32,000 bases of DNA, taken from the NCBI RefSeq assembly GCF_001457595.1, contig NZ_LN831039.1, positions 5,250,001-5,282,000 on the forward strand. The letters run 5' to 3'. The DNA is from Mycolicibacterium smegmatis (GTDB lineage Bacteria > Actinomycetota > Actinomycetes > Mycobacteriales > Mycobacteriaceae). Below are positions 17,634-25,192 of this stretch, one piece after another. The translations under genes were made by a program, and so were the position numbers. Each line of letters opens with the position of its first letter. The stretch's first letter is position 1. Under the pieces are notes generated by a model, which made no database searches, had not been told where the DNA came from, and saw only the letters and a program-made list of their open reading frames with translations.

Positions 17634-17660
17634 CGCGCCTGACGGTATACGGTCAACGTC

Positions 17661-17945
17661 ATGGCTGTGTTATCGAACGATCAGGTTGATGCCGCACTGC
17701 CGAATCTGCCGGGGTGGGAACGCGCCGCAGGGGCCCTGCGGCGCTCGGTGAAGTTTCCGACGTTCCTCGACGGGATCGACGCCGTGCGACGGGTTGCCGA
17801 GTTCGCCGAGGAGAAGGACCATCATCCGGATATCGACATCCGTTGGCGGACAGTGACTTTCGCGTTGGTCACGCACGCCGCGGGCGGTATCACGGAAAAG
17901 GACGTCCAGATGGCCGAGGAGATCAACCGGATCCTTTCCGACTGA
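17661..17945 (+). CDS. phhB: Pterin-4-alpha-carbinolamine dehydratase (PCD/DCoH)
   Basis: 94 aa. The family core is present: LPGWE......F.F..F..A..F...VA..AE...HHPD......V...L.TH..GG.T..D. Confidence 0.9.
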   Translation: MAVLSNDQVDAALPNLPGWERAAGALRRSVKFPTFLDGIDAVRRVAEFAEEKDHHPDIDIRWRTVTFALVTHAAGGITEKDVQMAEEINRILSD

Positions 17946-19155
17946 AGGCGATCCACCCGAGCGTCGCCAATGTCGCGACGATGTAGACCAGCCCGGCCCA
18001 GGCCAGGTACCACGGCCTGCCGATCTCCCAGATGGTGGGCTGCGCGAAACTGAGCAGCCACGGGACACCCAGCAGGGTCAGCGCGAGCCAGCCCCAGCCC
18101 AGGATCCGCGCGCCGCGCAGGGCCGACAACGGCCCGTGCAGCAGCCACATCATCAGCGGGATCAGCCACACCCAGTGGTGCGTCCACGAGATCGGCGAGA
18201 GCACGAGCCCGAACAGACTCACCACGAGGATGCCGCCGAGTCGATCCTGCGCGCCGCCGATCGCTCGCCACGCCAGCAGCGCGAGGACCGCGGTGATGCC
18301 GATACCGATCAGCACCAGTGGCCCGAATCCCGCGTCGTGACCCAGGATCCGTGAGATCCCGCCGCGCCACGACTGGTTGAACGACGTGCCGATGGGCCCG
18401 ATCCGGTCCGCGTCGCCCAGCAGTTCGGTGAAGTACCGGCGGGCCTGCGCACCCACCACGAGCCACGACACGCCGACCGTCGCGAAGAACACCGCCGCCG
18501 AGCACGCGACCGCGGCCCAGCGGCGCGCCCCGAGGAAGTACAGGCCCGCGACCGCGGGCGTGAGTTTGATGCCGGCCGCCAACCCGACGAGCAGACCCGA
18601 AAGCCACCACCGCGTCGTGGACACCGCGCAGAGCACCGCGAGCACCAGCACGACATTGACCTGGCCGTAGTCGAATGTGCTGCGCAGCGGTTCGGTCCAG
18701 ATGCCCAGGGCGGTCCACAGCATCGCGACACGCCGTTGGGACTGCAACCCCATGAGCCCTTGGCTGACACGCACGACGCCGTAGAGCGCGGCGATGATCC
18801 CGATCTGCCAGATGAACGCCACCACGCCGAATGGCAGCAGGTGCAGCGGGTAGAACACGATCGCGGCGAACGGCGGATACGTGAACGGCAGCGGGAAGTC
18901 CGGTGTCTGGTCGGCATAGACGTAGTCGTAGAGCGCGCCGGGTCCGTCGAGGGCGTCCGCGCCGTCGACGTAGACGTGCAGGTCGACGAAGTTGGCGCCG
19001 TTGGGCACGAGGTAGGTCCAGGCCAGCCGCGCCAGGATGCTGACGACCAGCAACATCGGCGCCAGGCGCTGCAGCCGCGCGGATGCTGGGACTTCGGGTG
19101 CTGATTTCGTGTCTACGGCCCCGACTTTAGCGCCCCGGTAACCGTTGACCCTCAC
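17923..19155 (-). CDS. pimE: Polyprenol-phosphate-mannose-dependent alpha-(1,2)-mannosyltransferase PimE (GT-C, DUF2029)
   Basis: Polytopic membrane protein with [15 protein letters not shown] and [15 protein letters not shown] motifs. The track ORF (to 19401) was trimmed to GTG 19155. That start puts the conserved Asp of NFVDLHVY at residue 58, which matches my recollection of the essential Asp58 of M. smegmatis PimE. Confidence 0.82.
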   Translation of the reverse strand: MRVNGYRGAKVGAVDTKSAPEVPASARLQRLAPMLLVVSILARLAWTYLVPNGANFVDLHVYVDGADALDGPGALYDYVYADQTPDFPLPFTYPPFAAIVFYPLHLLPFGVVAFIWQIGIIAALYGVVRVSQGLMGLQSQRRVAMLWTALGIWTEPLRSTFDYGQVNVVLVLAVLCAVSTTRWWLSGLLVGLAAGIKLTPAVAGLYFLGARRWAAVACSAAVFFATVGVSWLVVGAQARRYFTELLGDADRIGPIGTSFNQSWRGGISRILGHDAGFGPLVLIGIGITAVLALLAWRAIGGAQDRLGGILVVSLFGLVLSPISWTHHWVWLIPLMMWLLHGPLSALRGARILGWGWLALTLLGVPWLLSFAQPTIWEIGRPWYLAWAGLVYIVATLATLGWIAFSRKGSG

Positions 19156-19254
19156 TGCCGTAACGGTTGAATAACCGCCACACGTGTCACTTGAGTAACA
19201 CCAGTAACTCGATACGTTCGAGCCCAGACGTGCAGTCAATCGATTGGGAGAACG

Positions 19255-19863
19255 ATGAAATTCACCTGGAAAGCCATTTCCACCGGCATGATCGCGGCAG
19301 CGGGCGCTCTCCCGGTCGCGGTGGCCCTGAGCGGCGCGGCGAACGCCGAGCCGGCCCCGGTTCCGCCCGCGCCGATGCCGAACCTGCCGGTGGTCAACCA
19401 ACTCGCAGGCGTGCCGGGCGCCGCGCCGCAGCTGCTGCAGGGCGTCGCCTCCGCGCTCACCGGAACCCCGGCACAGGCTCCCGCGCCGCAGCCGACCGCG
19501 CAGGCGACCCTGACCCTGCCGCAGGCGCCGGCCACAGCGCCCGCCACGGTGCCTGCCGCGACCGCCACCGCGCCCGCGGTCACCCCGGCCGCCAACGGCG
19601 TGGCCTCGCTCGTGCCGTCGGCCGAGGTCACCATCCCGCAGGTGCCCGGTATGCCGATCCCGCTGCCGCAGTCGGTCAACATCCCCGGCGACCTCGCGGC
19701 GCTGGCGCCCATCGGCTCGCCGCTGGCCGGCCTTGCCCCGGCCGCGACCAACACCGCCGCCAGCGCGGCCACGGCCGCCGCACCCGCGGTGACCGCACCC
19801 GCGGCTTCGGCCCCCTCGGCAGTCGCGCCGCTGGCGCCGCTGCTGACCGCCGGTCTGCCGTGA
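19255..19863 (+). CDS. Secreted Ala/Pro-rich low-complexity protein (Rv1158c-like)
   Basis: 202 aa. GGGAG SD. Signal peptide ends ..ALSGAANA|EP. The remainder is almost entirely A/P/T/V/L low complexity. Confidence 0.7.
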   Translation: MKFTWKAISTGMIAAAGALPVAVALSGAANAEPAPVPPAPMPNLPVVNQLAGVPGAAPQLLQGVASALTGTPAQAPAPQPTAQATLTLPQAPATAPATVPAATATAPAVTPAANGVASLVPSAEVTIPQVPGMPIPLPQSVNIPGDLAALAPIGSPLAGLAPAATNTAASAATAAAPAVTAPAASAPSAVAPLAPLLTAGLP

Positions 19864-19904
19864 TCCCCGAACTGGTCTGACCGTCGAAACCCACTGGGAG
19901 AGTC

Positions 19905-20888
19905 ATGTCACCGAAAACGTTCCTCGCCACCGCCGCCGCGATCGGTTCGTCGGCCGCGCTGGTCCTCGGCACCGGCATCGCGCATGCCGACCCGGGGCCG
20001 CTGCCGATCGACGCGGCGCAGGCGCCGGGGCTCTCGGCGGTGCAGGGGCTGAGCCCGGTCATCCAGCAGGCGGCGGCCGATCCGGCCGGTGCCGCGCAGT
20101 TGCTGATGGCCGCGGCTCAGGCGTTCGCCGCCAACAAGACGGAACCTGCTGACTCTCGCAATGTGGCGACGGCGGTCAACCAGTTCGTCGCCGAACCCCT
20201 CACGGCGACGCCAGAACACATCCCGGCCGCCGGCGCCGGGCTCGACGCGCACCTGCCCGCCGGGATCGACCCGGCGCACGCCGTCGGCCCCGCCGAGGCC
20301 CTGCCACCTGCCGCCGAGCCACTGGCCGCCCCGGCGCCCGCCCCAGCGCCTGAGGCGGCCCCGGCACCCGCGCCTGAGGCCGCTCCCGCACCGGCACCTG
20401 AAGCTGCGGCACCGGCACCTGAGGCCCCGGCGCCCGCGCCTGCCCCGGCCGCGGCAGCGGCACCGGGATTCGGCCCGGATGCGCCGGTGACGCAGGAGTT
20501 CATGTACCCGTCGATCAGCAACGGGTGCCTCGCCGACGGCGGCAACGTCCTCGCGACCGCCATCTCGGTGGCCGGCCCCGCGACGATTCCGCTGCCCGGC
20601 CCGGGACCCGGCCAGACGGCCTACGTGTTCACCGCGATCGGCACCCCCGGCCCGGCCGCCGAGCAGAAACTGCCGCTCAACGTCACCTGGGTGAACCTCA
20701 CCACCGGCAAGTCGGGCAGCGCCACGCTCAAGACACGCCCGGACCTCAACCCCGAGGGCCCGACCACACTGACCGCGATCGCCGACACCGGCTCGGGCAG
20801 CATCATTTCCACGATCTTCGGCCAGGTCACGACGACCGAGAAGCAGTGCCAGTTCATGCCCACCATCGGATCCACGGTGGTGCCCTGA
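19905..20888 (+). CDS. Secreted Ala/Pro-rich protein with a Cys-bracketed C-terminal beta-rich domain (Rv1157c-like)
   Basis: 327 aa. GGGAGAG SD. Signal peptide ..GTGIAHA|DP. Central (APAPAPEA)n tract. C-terminal ~135 aa are non-repetitive with two Cys (SNGC ... KQCQF). Confidence 0.75.
   Translation: MSPKTFLATAAAIGSSAALVLGTGIAHADPGPLPIDAAQAPGLSAVQGLSPVIQQAAADPAGAAQLLMAAAQAFAANKTEPADSRNVATAVNQFVAEPLTATPEHIPAAGAGLDAHLPAGIDPAHAVGPAEALPPAAEPLAAPAPAPAPEAAPAPAPEAAPAPAPEAAAPAPEAPAPAPAPAAAAAPGFGPDAPVTQEFMYPSISNGCLADGGNVLATAISVAGPATIPLPGPGPGQTAYVFTAIGTPGPAAEQKLPLNVTWVNLTTGKSGSATLKTRPDLNPEGPTTLTAIADTGSGSIISTIFGQVTTTEKQCQFMPTIGSTVVP
20325..20465 (+). repeat. Imperfect in-frame tandem repeat (24/24/21/21-nt units) encoding (A)PAPAPEA
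   Basis: The CCTGA(G/A)G core recurs at 20349, 20373, 20397 and 20418. The protein reads APAPAPEA APAPAPEA APAPAPEA AAPAPEA PAPAPAPAAAAAP. Confidence 0.85.
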
Positions 20889-20912
20889 CCACATCGAGAA
20901 AATGGGGAAACG

Positions 20913-20953
20913 AAATTCCCGGTCGCTGGCGACATGCCGGCGACCGGGAATTT
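20913..20953. terminator. Bidirectional intrinsic-terminator-like hairpin between convergent genes
   Basis: 18-bp stem, AAATTCCCGGTCGCTGGC (20913-20930) pairing with GCCGGCGACCGGGAATTT (20936-20953). It has one G-U wobble and a 5-nt loop GACAT. It is flanked by A-run/T-run (..GAAACG AAATT... ...AATTTTGT). Confidence 0.7.
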
Positions 20954-20983
20954 TGTATGGGCTGAATCGAGTGCGTCAGTAAG

Positions 20984-21133
20984 TCAGTACGCCATGAACA
21001 GGATCATCTCGCGGTCGTACTCGCGACCGGGGTGGGACTCGGCGAGGTGCGCCTGCGCCTTCTCGACCAGATCGTCCTCATCGGTGCCGACGATCGCTTC
21101 TCCGCAGGGACAGTTCAGATGTGTCTTCGCCAT
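20984..21133 (-). CDS. DUF1059-like small protein (49 aa)
   Basis: MAKTHLNCPCGEAIVGTDEDDLVEKAQAHLAESHPGREYDREMILFMAY. This is the only credible part of the 257-aa track ORF 20984-21757, which otherwise runs antisense to the nitroreductase gene. Confidence 0.6.
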   Translation of the reverse strand: MAKTHLNCPCGEAIVGTDEDDLVEKAQAHLAESHPGREYDREMILFMAY

Positions 21134-21178
21134 ATGTTCACCATTGCATAGGAATACAAAAGGCAAAAGGATGCATCC

Positions 21179-21832
21179 ATGGAGTTCACCGACGTCGTCC
21201 GCACAACCGCCGCGATTCGCCAGTTCACCGGCGATCCCCTCCCCGACGACGTGCTGAGGCGCATCCTGGACAACGCCCGGTTCGCCCCCAGCGGCGGCAA
21301 CCGGCAGGGCACGCGTGTCGTGGTGATCCGCGACCGCGACACCCGCGAGGCGCTCGCCGATCTCACCGTCACCGGATCCCGCCGCTACATCGCCCAGAAG
21401 CGCATCGGTGAGAACCCGTGGAATCCGTTGCATCCCACGGCCGTCACCGAAGCGGATCTCGCGGCCGTCGACGTCCCCCGCGCCACACCGCTGCTCGACG
21501 CCGCGGTGGTGATCGTGGTGTGCGTCGATCTCGGTGTCGTCGCCGCGTTCGATCAGGACCTCGACCGCATCGGCGTGGTGTCCGGTGCGTCGGTGTATCC
21601 GTTCGTGTGGAACATCCTGCTCTCGGCGCGCAACGAAGGCTTCGGCGGCGTGCTCACGACGATGGCGATCGCCGAGGAGCCGAAGGTCAAAGAGCTGCTC
21701 GCCATTCCCGACGACTACGCCGTGGCGGCGGTCCTGCCGCTGGGCAAGCCCGTGCACCAGCCCACCAAACTCACACGCAAGCCCGTCTCCGAGATCGCCA
21801 CGCGCGAGCGCTTCGACGGCGCCCCGTTCTAG
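21179..21832 (+). CDS. Nitroreductase-family flavoprotein
   Basis: 217 aa. AAAGGA SD. N-terminal nitroreductase signature RTTAAIRQFTGDPLPDDVLRRILDNARFAPSGGNRQ. Confidence 0.85.
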   Translation: MEFTDVVRTTAAIRQFTGDPLPDDVLRRILDNARFAPSGGNRQGTRVVVIRDRDTREALADLTVTGSRRYIAQKRIGENPWNPLHPTAVTEADLAAVDVPRATPLLDAAVVIVVCVDLGVVAAFDQDLDRIGVVSGASVYPFVWNILLSARNEGFGGVLTTMAIAEEPKVKELLAIPDDYAVAAVLPLGKPVHQPTKLTRKPVSEIATRERFDGAPF

Positions 21833-21850
21833 GGCTGCTTGTCACTTGGC

Positions 21851-22432
21851 CTACTTGTTCTTGGCGGCTTTCGCGGCGGCCTTCATGTCCTTCTTGTACG
21901 CGCGGACCTTCTGCAGCGACCCGGCATCCACGACATCGGCGACCGACATGTAGGTGCCGGCCTTGCCGTAGTCACCCGCCGCCTCACGCCAACCCTCGGG
22001 CGTCACGCCGTACTGCTTGCCCAGCAGCGCCAGGAAGATCCGGGCCTTCTGATCGCCGAACCCGGGCAGCCGCTTGAGCCTGCGCAGCACCTCGGGGCCG
22101 TCGGGGTCACCGCCGGTCCAGATCGCCGTGACGTCACCGTCGTAATCGTCGACGACGGCCTGCGCGAGCGCCTGCACCCGCTTTGCCATCGATCCCGGAA
22201 ACCGGTGCACGGCAGGGGTTTCGGAGAACTTCTCGGCGAACTTGTCGGGGTTGTACTCGGCGATGTGCACCGCGTCGACCTTCCCGATACGGTCCGCGAG
22301 CTTCTTGGGCCCGGCGAACGCGGTCTCCATCGGGATCTGCTGATCGAGCAGCATGCCGACCAGAAGCGCGAACGGGTTGGACTCCAACAGCGCGTCGGCG
22401 TCCGGGTCTTGCACAAGCTGCAGCGTGGGCAC
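21851..22432 (-). CDS. HhH-GPD-type base-excision-repair-like protein (Rv1156-like)
   Basis: 193 aa. N-terminus (DPDADALLESNPFALLVGMLLDQQIPMETAF) is typical of this family, and the tail is Lys-rich. GTG start at 22432 has no SD (see the leaderless finding). Confidence 0.8.
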   Translation of the reverse strand: MPTLQLVQDPDADALLESNPFALLVGMLLDQQIPMETAFAGPKKLADRIGKVDAVHIAEYNPDKFAEKFSETPAVHRFPGSMAKRVQALAQAVVDDYDGDVTAIWTGGDPDGPEVLRRLKRLPGFGDQKARIFLALLGKQYGVTPEGWREAAGDYGKAGTYMSVADVVDAGSLQKVRAYKKDMKAAAKAAKNK

Positions 22433-22525
22433 GTGGCCAGTTTAGATCGCGTTTTGACGCCGGTGTCGGTGCGGTGTGCGAACGTGTAATCAGTATTTGC
22501 CTGGTGACACCCCTGGAGAACAGAC

Positions 22526-22822
22526 ATGAAACGTGTGATTGCGCCCCTTGTGGCCGCGGTCGGCGCCGCGATCGCCTTTGCTGCTGCGGCACACGCGATC
22601 CCCGACCAGGGCACGCCGGCATTCGACGAGTACATGCAGGGCCTGGAACGCAACGGCTACCACCTGAACCCGGACACCGCGTGGCGCGTGGCCCACCAGG
22701 CGTGCATCGGCGGCATCCCGGGCTACATCGGTCTGGAACTGGCCGCGCAAGGGGTCGTCGGCCCGGGTGCCCAGCAGCGCGTCATGAACGTCGCGCAGCA
22801 ATACGCGTGCCCGGTTCAATAG
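22526..22822 (+). CDS. Secreted DUF732-like small protein
   Basis: 98 aa. GGAG SD. Signal peptide ..AFAAAAHA|IPD. Mature ~74 aa carries two Cys (HQAC ... YACP), a layout typical of mycobacterial DUF732. Confidence 0.7.
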   Translation: MKRVIAPLVAAVGAAIAFAAAAHAIPDQGTPAFDEYMQGLERNGYHLNPDTAWRVAHQACIGGIPGYIGLELAAQGVVGPGAQQRVMNVAQQYACPVQ

Positions 22823-22843
22823 GGCTCCAATAATGTCTCAATA

Positions 22844-24043
22844 GTGTCGGGCGAGGTTGCGATAGCGCTGGCGTTGGCGCTGGTGCTGACGGCGGTGGTC
22901 GCGATCGTGGTGGTGCGCACCCGCCGCGTCGTCGCAACCCCCACCGAACGGGCCGTCCACGCGGCCCTGCACACCGCGTCGTCGGCGGCACGCGCACTAC
23001 GCCGCGGCCTGGACACCGACTCGGCGCAGACCGCGGCGCCGTACCTGCGCGGGCTCACCGTCACGCAGGGGCTCGCGCTGTTCGACGGCGACGGTCAGCT
23101 GCTCGCGCTCGATCCCGACGACGACGCGCTGTGGCAGACCGACATCATCGACACGTGCACCAGCACGGCCCGCGACTCGATCGCCGACCAGCGCCGCAAG
23201 CTCACCAGCGCCCGGCCGATGACCGTGGTGGCCCAGCCGCTGCTCACCGAGGCAGGCGACGTGCTGGGCGCCCTGGTGGTGGTCACCGCGAGCACACCCG
23301 GGCCGGGCATGCTCGGCGCTGTCGGCGAGGTGGCGCGATACGCCGCGAGCCAGATCGAACTCGCCGAACTCGACGCGTCACGCGCCCGGTTGGACCGCGC
23401 CGAGGTGCTCGCGCTGCGCGCCCAGATCAGCCCGCACTTCATCTACAACGCGCTCAACACCATCGCGTCGTTCGTGCGCACCGATCCCGACCGCGCCCGC
23501 GAGCTGATCCTGGAGTTCGCCGACTTCACGCGGTACTCGTTCCGGGCCGCCGGCCAGTACACGACGCTGGCCGACGAACTGCGCAACATCGATCGCTACC
23601 TCACCTTGGAGCGCGCCCGGTTCGGACAGTCGCTGAAGGTGCGATTGCAGGTGGCACCCGAGGTGCTCAACGTCGTGGTGCCGTTCCTCGCCTTGCAACC
23701 GCTGGTCGAGAACGCCGTGCGTCACGGGCTGGCCGGCCAGGGCGGCGGCACCGTCGAGATCATCGCGCGTGACGAGGGCACCGACTGCGTCATCACCGTC
23801 GAGGACGACGGTGCAGGCATGGACCCCGAGACCCTGCGCGCCGGACAGGGTGACGCGCTGGCCGATCGCACCGACCAGGGCGCACACGTGGGTCTGACGA
23901 ATGTGGACCATCGCCTGCGCGCCGCCTTCGGCAACGACTACGGTCTTGTGGTCGAGACGGCGTTAGGAGCGGGAACCAAGGTCATGATGCGGGTACCGAA
24001 GTTCCGGTCCGGCGTGCACGCCGGCGGAGGTGCATTCGGATGA
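22844..24043 (+). CDS. LytS/BtsS-type sensor histidine kinase with a single N-terminal TM helix (no 5TM-Lyt domain)
   Basis: 399 aa. One hydrophobic helix (aa 5-25), a GAF-like segment, then the His_kinase (PF06580-type) core LRAQISPHFIYNALNTIASFV. HATPase_c motifs LQPLVENAVRHG, VEDDGAGM and GLTNV are present. Confidence 0.9.
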   Translation: MSGEVAIALALALVLTAVVAIVVVRTRRVVATPTERAVHAALHTASSAARALRRGLDTDSAQTAAPYLRGLTVTQGLALFDGDGQLLALDPDDDALWQTDIIDTCTSTARDSIADQRRKLTSARPMTVVAQPLLTEAGDVLGALVVVTASTPGPGMLGAVGEVARYAASQIELAELDASRARLDRAEVLALRAQISPHFIYNALNTIASFVRTDPDRARELILEFADFTRYSFRAAGQYTTLADELRNIDRYLTLERARFGQSLKVRLQVAPEVLNVVVPFLALQPLVENAVRHGLAGQGGGTVEIIARDEGTDCVITVEDDGAGMDPETLRAGQGDALADRTDQGAHVGLTNVDHRLRAAFGNDYGLVVETALGAGTKVMMRVPKFRSGVHAGGGAFG

Positions 24044-24825
24044 GCACACGCGCACTGACCGTGCTCGCGGTCGACGACGAAGCCCCCGCACTCGACGAAC
24101 TGGCCTATCTGCTGGGCCGCAATCCCGATGTCGCCGAGGTGCTCACGGCCTCCGACGCGACCTCGGCCCTGCGCGAGTTGAACCGGCACACCATCGACGC
24201 GGTGTTCCTCGACATCAACATGCCCGGCCTGTCGGGCATCGAACTCGCCGGCGTGCTCACCAACTTCGCGCACCGGCCCGCGGTGGTGTTCGTGACCGCG
24301 CACGACGACAAGGCCGTCGCGGCGTTCGACGTCGGCGCGGTCGACTATCTGCTCAAACCGATCCGGCAGAACCGCCTCGACGAAGCCGTCCGACGCGTGG
24401 GCGCCGCGCCTTCACCGACCACCGAGACCCCCGCCGACGATCAGGACTCCGCGGTGATCCCCGCCGAACTCGGCGGCATCACCCACCTGGTGCCGCGCGA
24501 CAGCATCGGCTGGGTCGAAGCCGAGGGCGACTACGCCAGGCTGCACTCGGCCACCGGTGCGCACCTGGTCCGAATCCCGTTGAGCACGTTGGAAACCCGT
24601 TGGCGAGACCACGGCTTCCAGCGCATCCACCGGTCGTACCTGGTGTCGCTGAAGCAAGTGACGGGCCTGCGCACCGCCGACGGTGCCGTGCTGGTGCGCC
24701 TGCGCGCCAACGGCGCCTCCCCCGCCGTCGAACTTCCCGTGAGCCGCAGGCAGGCACGAGAACTGCGCGACCGCCTGGTCCGTGACCCCATGCGCAACCT
24801 GAAACCGACAGGTGCCGATGACTAG
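24040..24825 (+). CDS. LytTR-family response regulator
   Basis: 261 aa. Receiver domain (VLAVDDE ... FLDINMPGLSGIEL ... DYLLKP) plus a LytTR DNA-binding domain (VEAEGDYARLH ... RIHRSYLVSL). ATGA overlap with the kinase stop. Confidence 0.92.
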   Translation: MSTRALTVLAVDDEAPALDELAYLLGRNPDVAEVLTASDATSALRELNRHTIDAVFLDINMPGLSGIELAGVLTNFAHRPAVVFVTAHDDKAVAAFDVGAVDYLLKPIRQNRLDEAVRRVGAAPSPTTETPADDQDSAVIPAELGGITHLVPRDSIGWVEAEGDYARLHSATGAHLVRIPLSTLETRWRDHGFQRIHRSYLVSLKQVTGLRTADGAVLVRLRANGASPAVELPVSRRQARELRDRLVRDPMRNLKPTGADD

Positions 24826-25192
24826 CGGGGAGAAACCGGTACGACGACGCGTCGTGCTCGCGCACCGACGAGGCGCGCGCATGGTGCGCACCCGCATCGA
24901 GGTGCAGGAGCAGACCCAGGTGGGCGACGCGCTGGTACGCGGCCTGATGCGCGCCCAACTCGGGCTCGCGCTGCGCCTGGCCGCGGTGGTGGTCTCGATC
25001 GTGGCGGCTGTGGTGCTGTTCACCACGGCCGCACCGGAACTGGCGTCGCTCTCCGTGTTCGGGATCCGGCTGAACTGGCTGATCCTGGCCGGGCTGATCT
25101 ATCCCCTGCTCTACGGCGTGGGACGGATCTACGTCCGGCTGGCCGAGCAGGGCGAGCGGGACTTCGTCCGCGTGGTCGACAGCGAACCATGA
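24818..25192 (+). CDS. Two-TM membrane protein, divergent DUF485 (YjcH-like) symporter partner
   Basis: ATG 24818 (or GTG 24812) overlaps the regulator stop. Its C-terminal half, SVFGIRLNWLILAGLIYPLLYGVGRIYVRLAEQGERD, aligns by eye with QVIGNINVGLIIGLGQFLSTFVITGLYVRFANRELD of the DUF485 protein at 28208-28555. ATGA overlap with the downstream symporter. Confidence 0.6.
   Translation: MTSGEKPVRRRVVLAHRRGARMVRTRIEVQEQTQVGDALVRGLMRAQLGLALRLAAVVVSIVAAVVLFTTAAPELASLSVFGIRLNWLILAGLIYPLLYGVGRIYVRLAEQGERDFVRVVDSEP

Noticed and set aside
21134-21757. Upstream 208 codons of the 257-aa minus-strand ORF 20984-21757.
   Set aside because: This part is antisense to the well-supported nitroreductase gene (21179-21832). 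Only the last 49 codons (a DUF1059-like miniprotein with its own ATG at 21133) look genuine.
22461-22480. CGGTGT-CGGTGC-GGTGTG hexamer-like tandem repeats upstream of the DUF732 gene, considered as possible LytTR direct repeats.
   Set aside because: The units are too short, contiguous and GC-biased to distinguish from chance in this genome. Their spacing is not LytTR-like, so they are not reported as a site.
22820-22822. Programmed stop-codon readthrough or recoding at the TAG between the DUF732 and kinase ORFs.
   Set aside because: I see no recoding signal (no downstream structure or known context), and such recoding is not established in mycobacteria. The in-frame arrangement is reported as a split or accessory-protein hypothesis, not as recoding.
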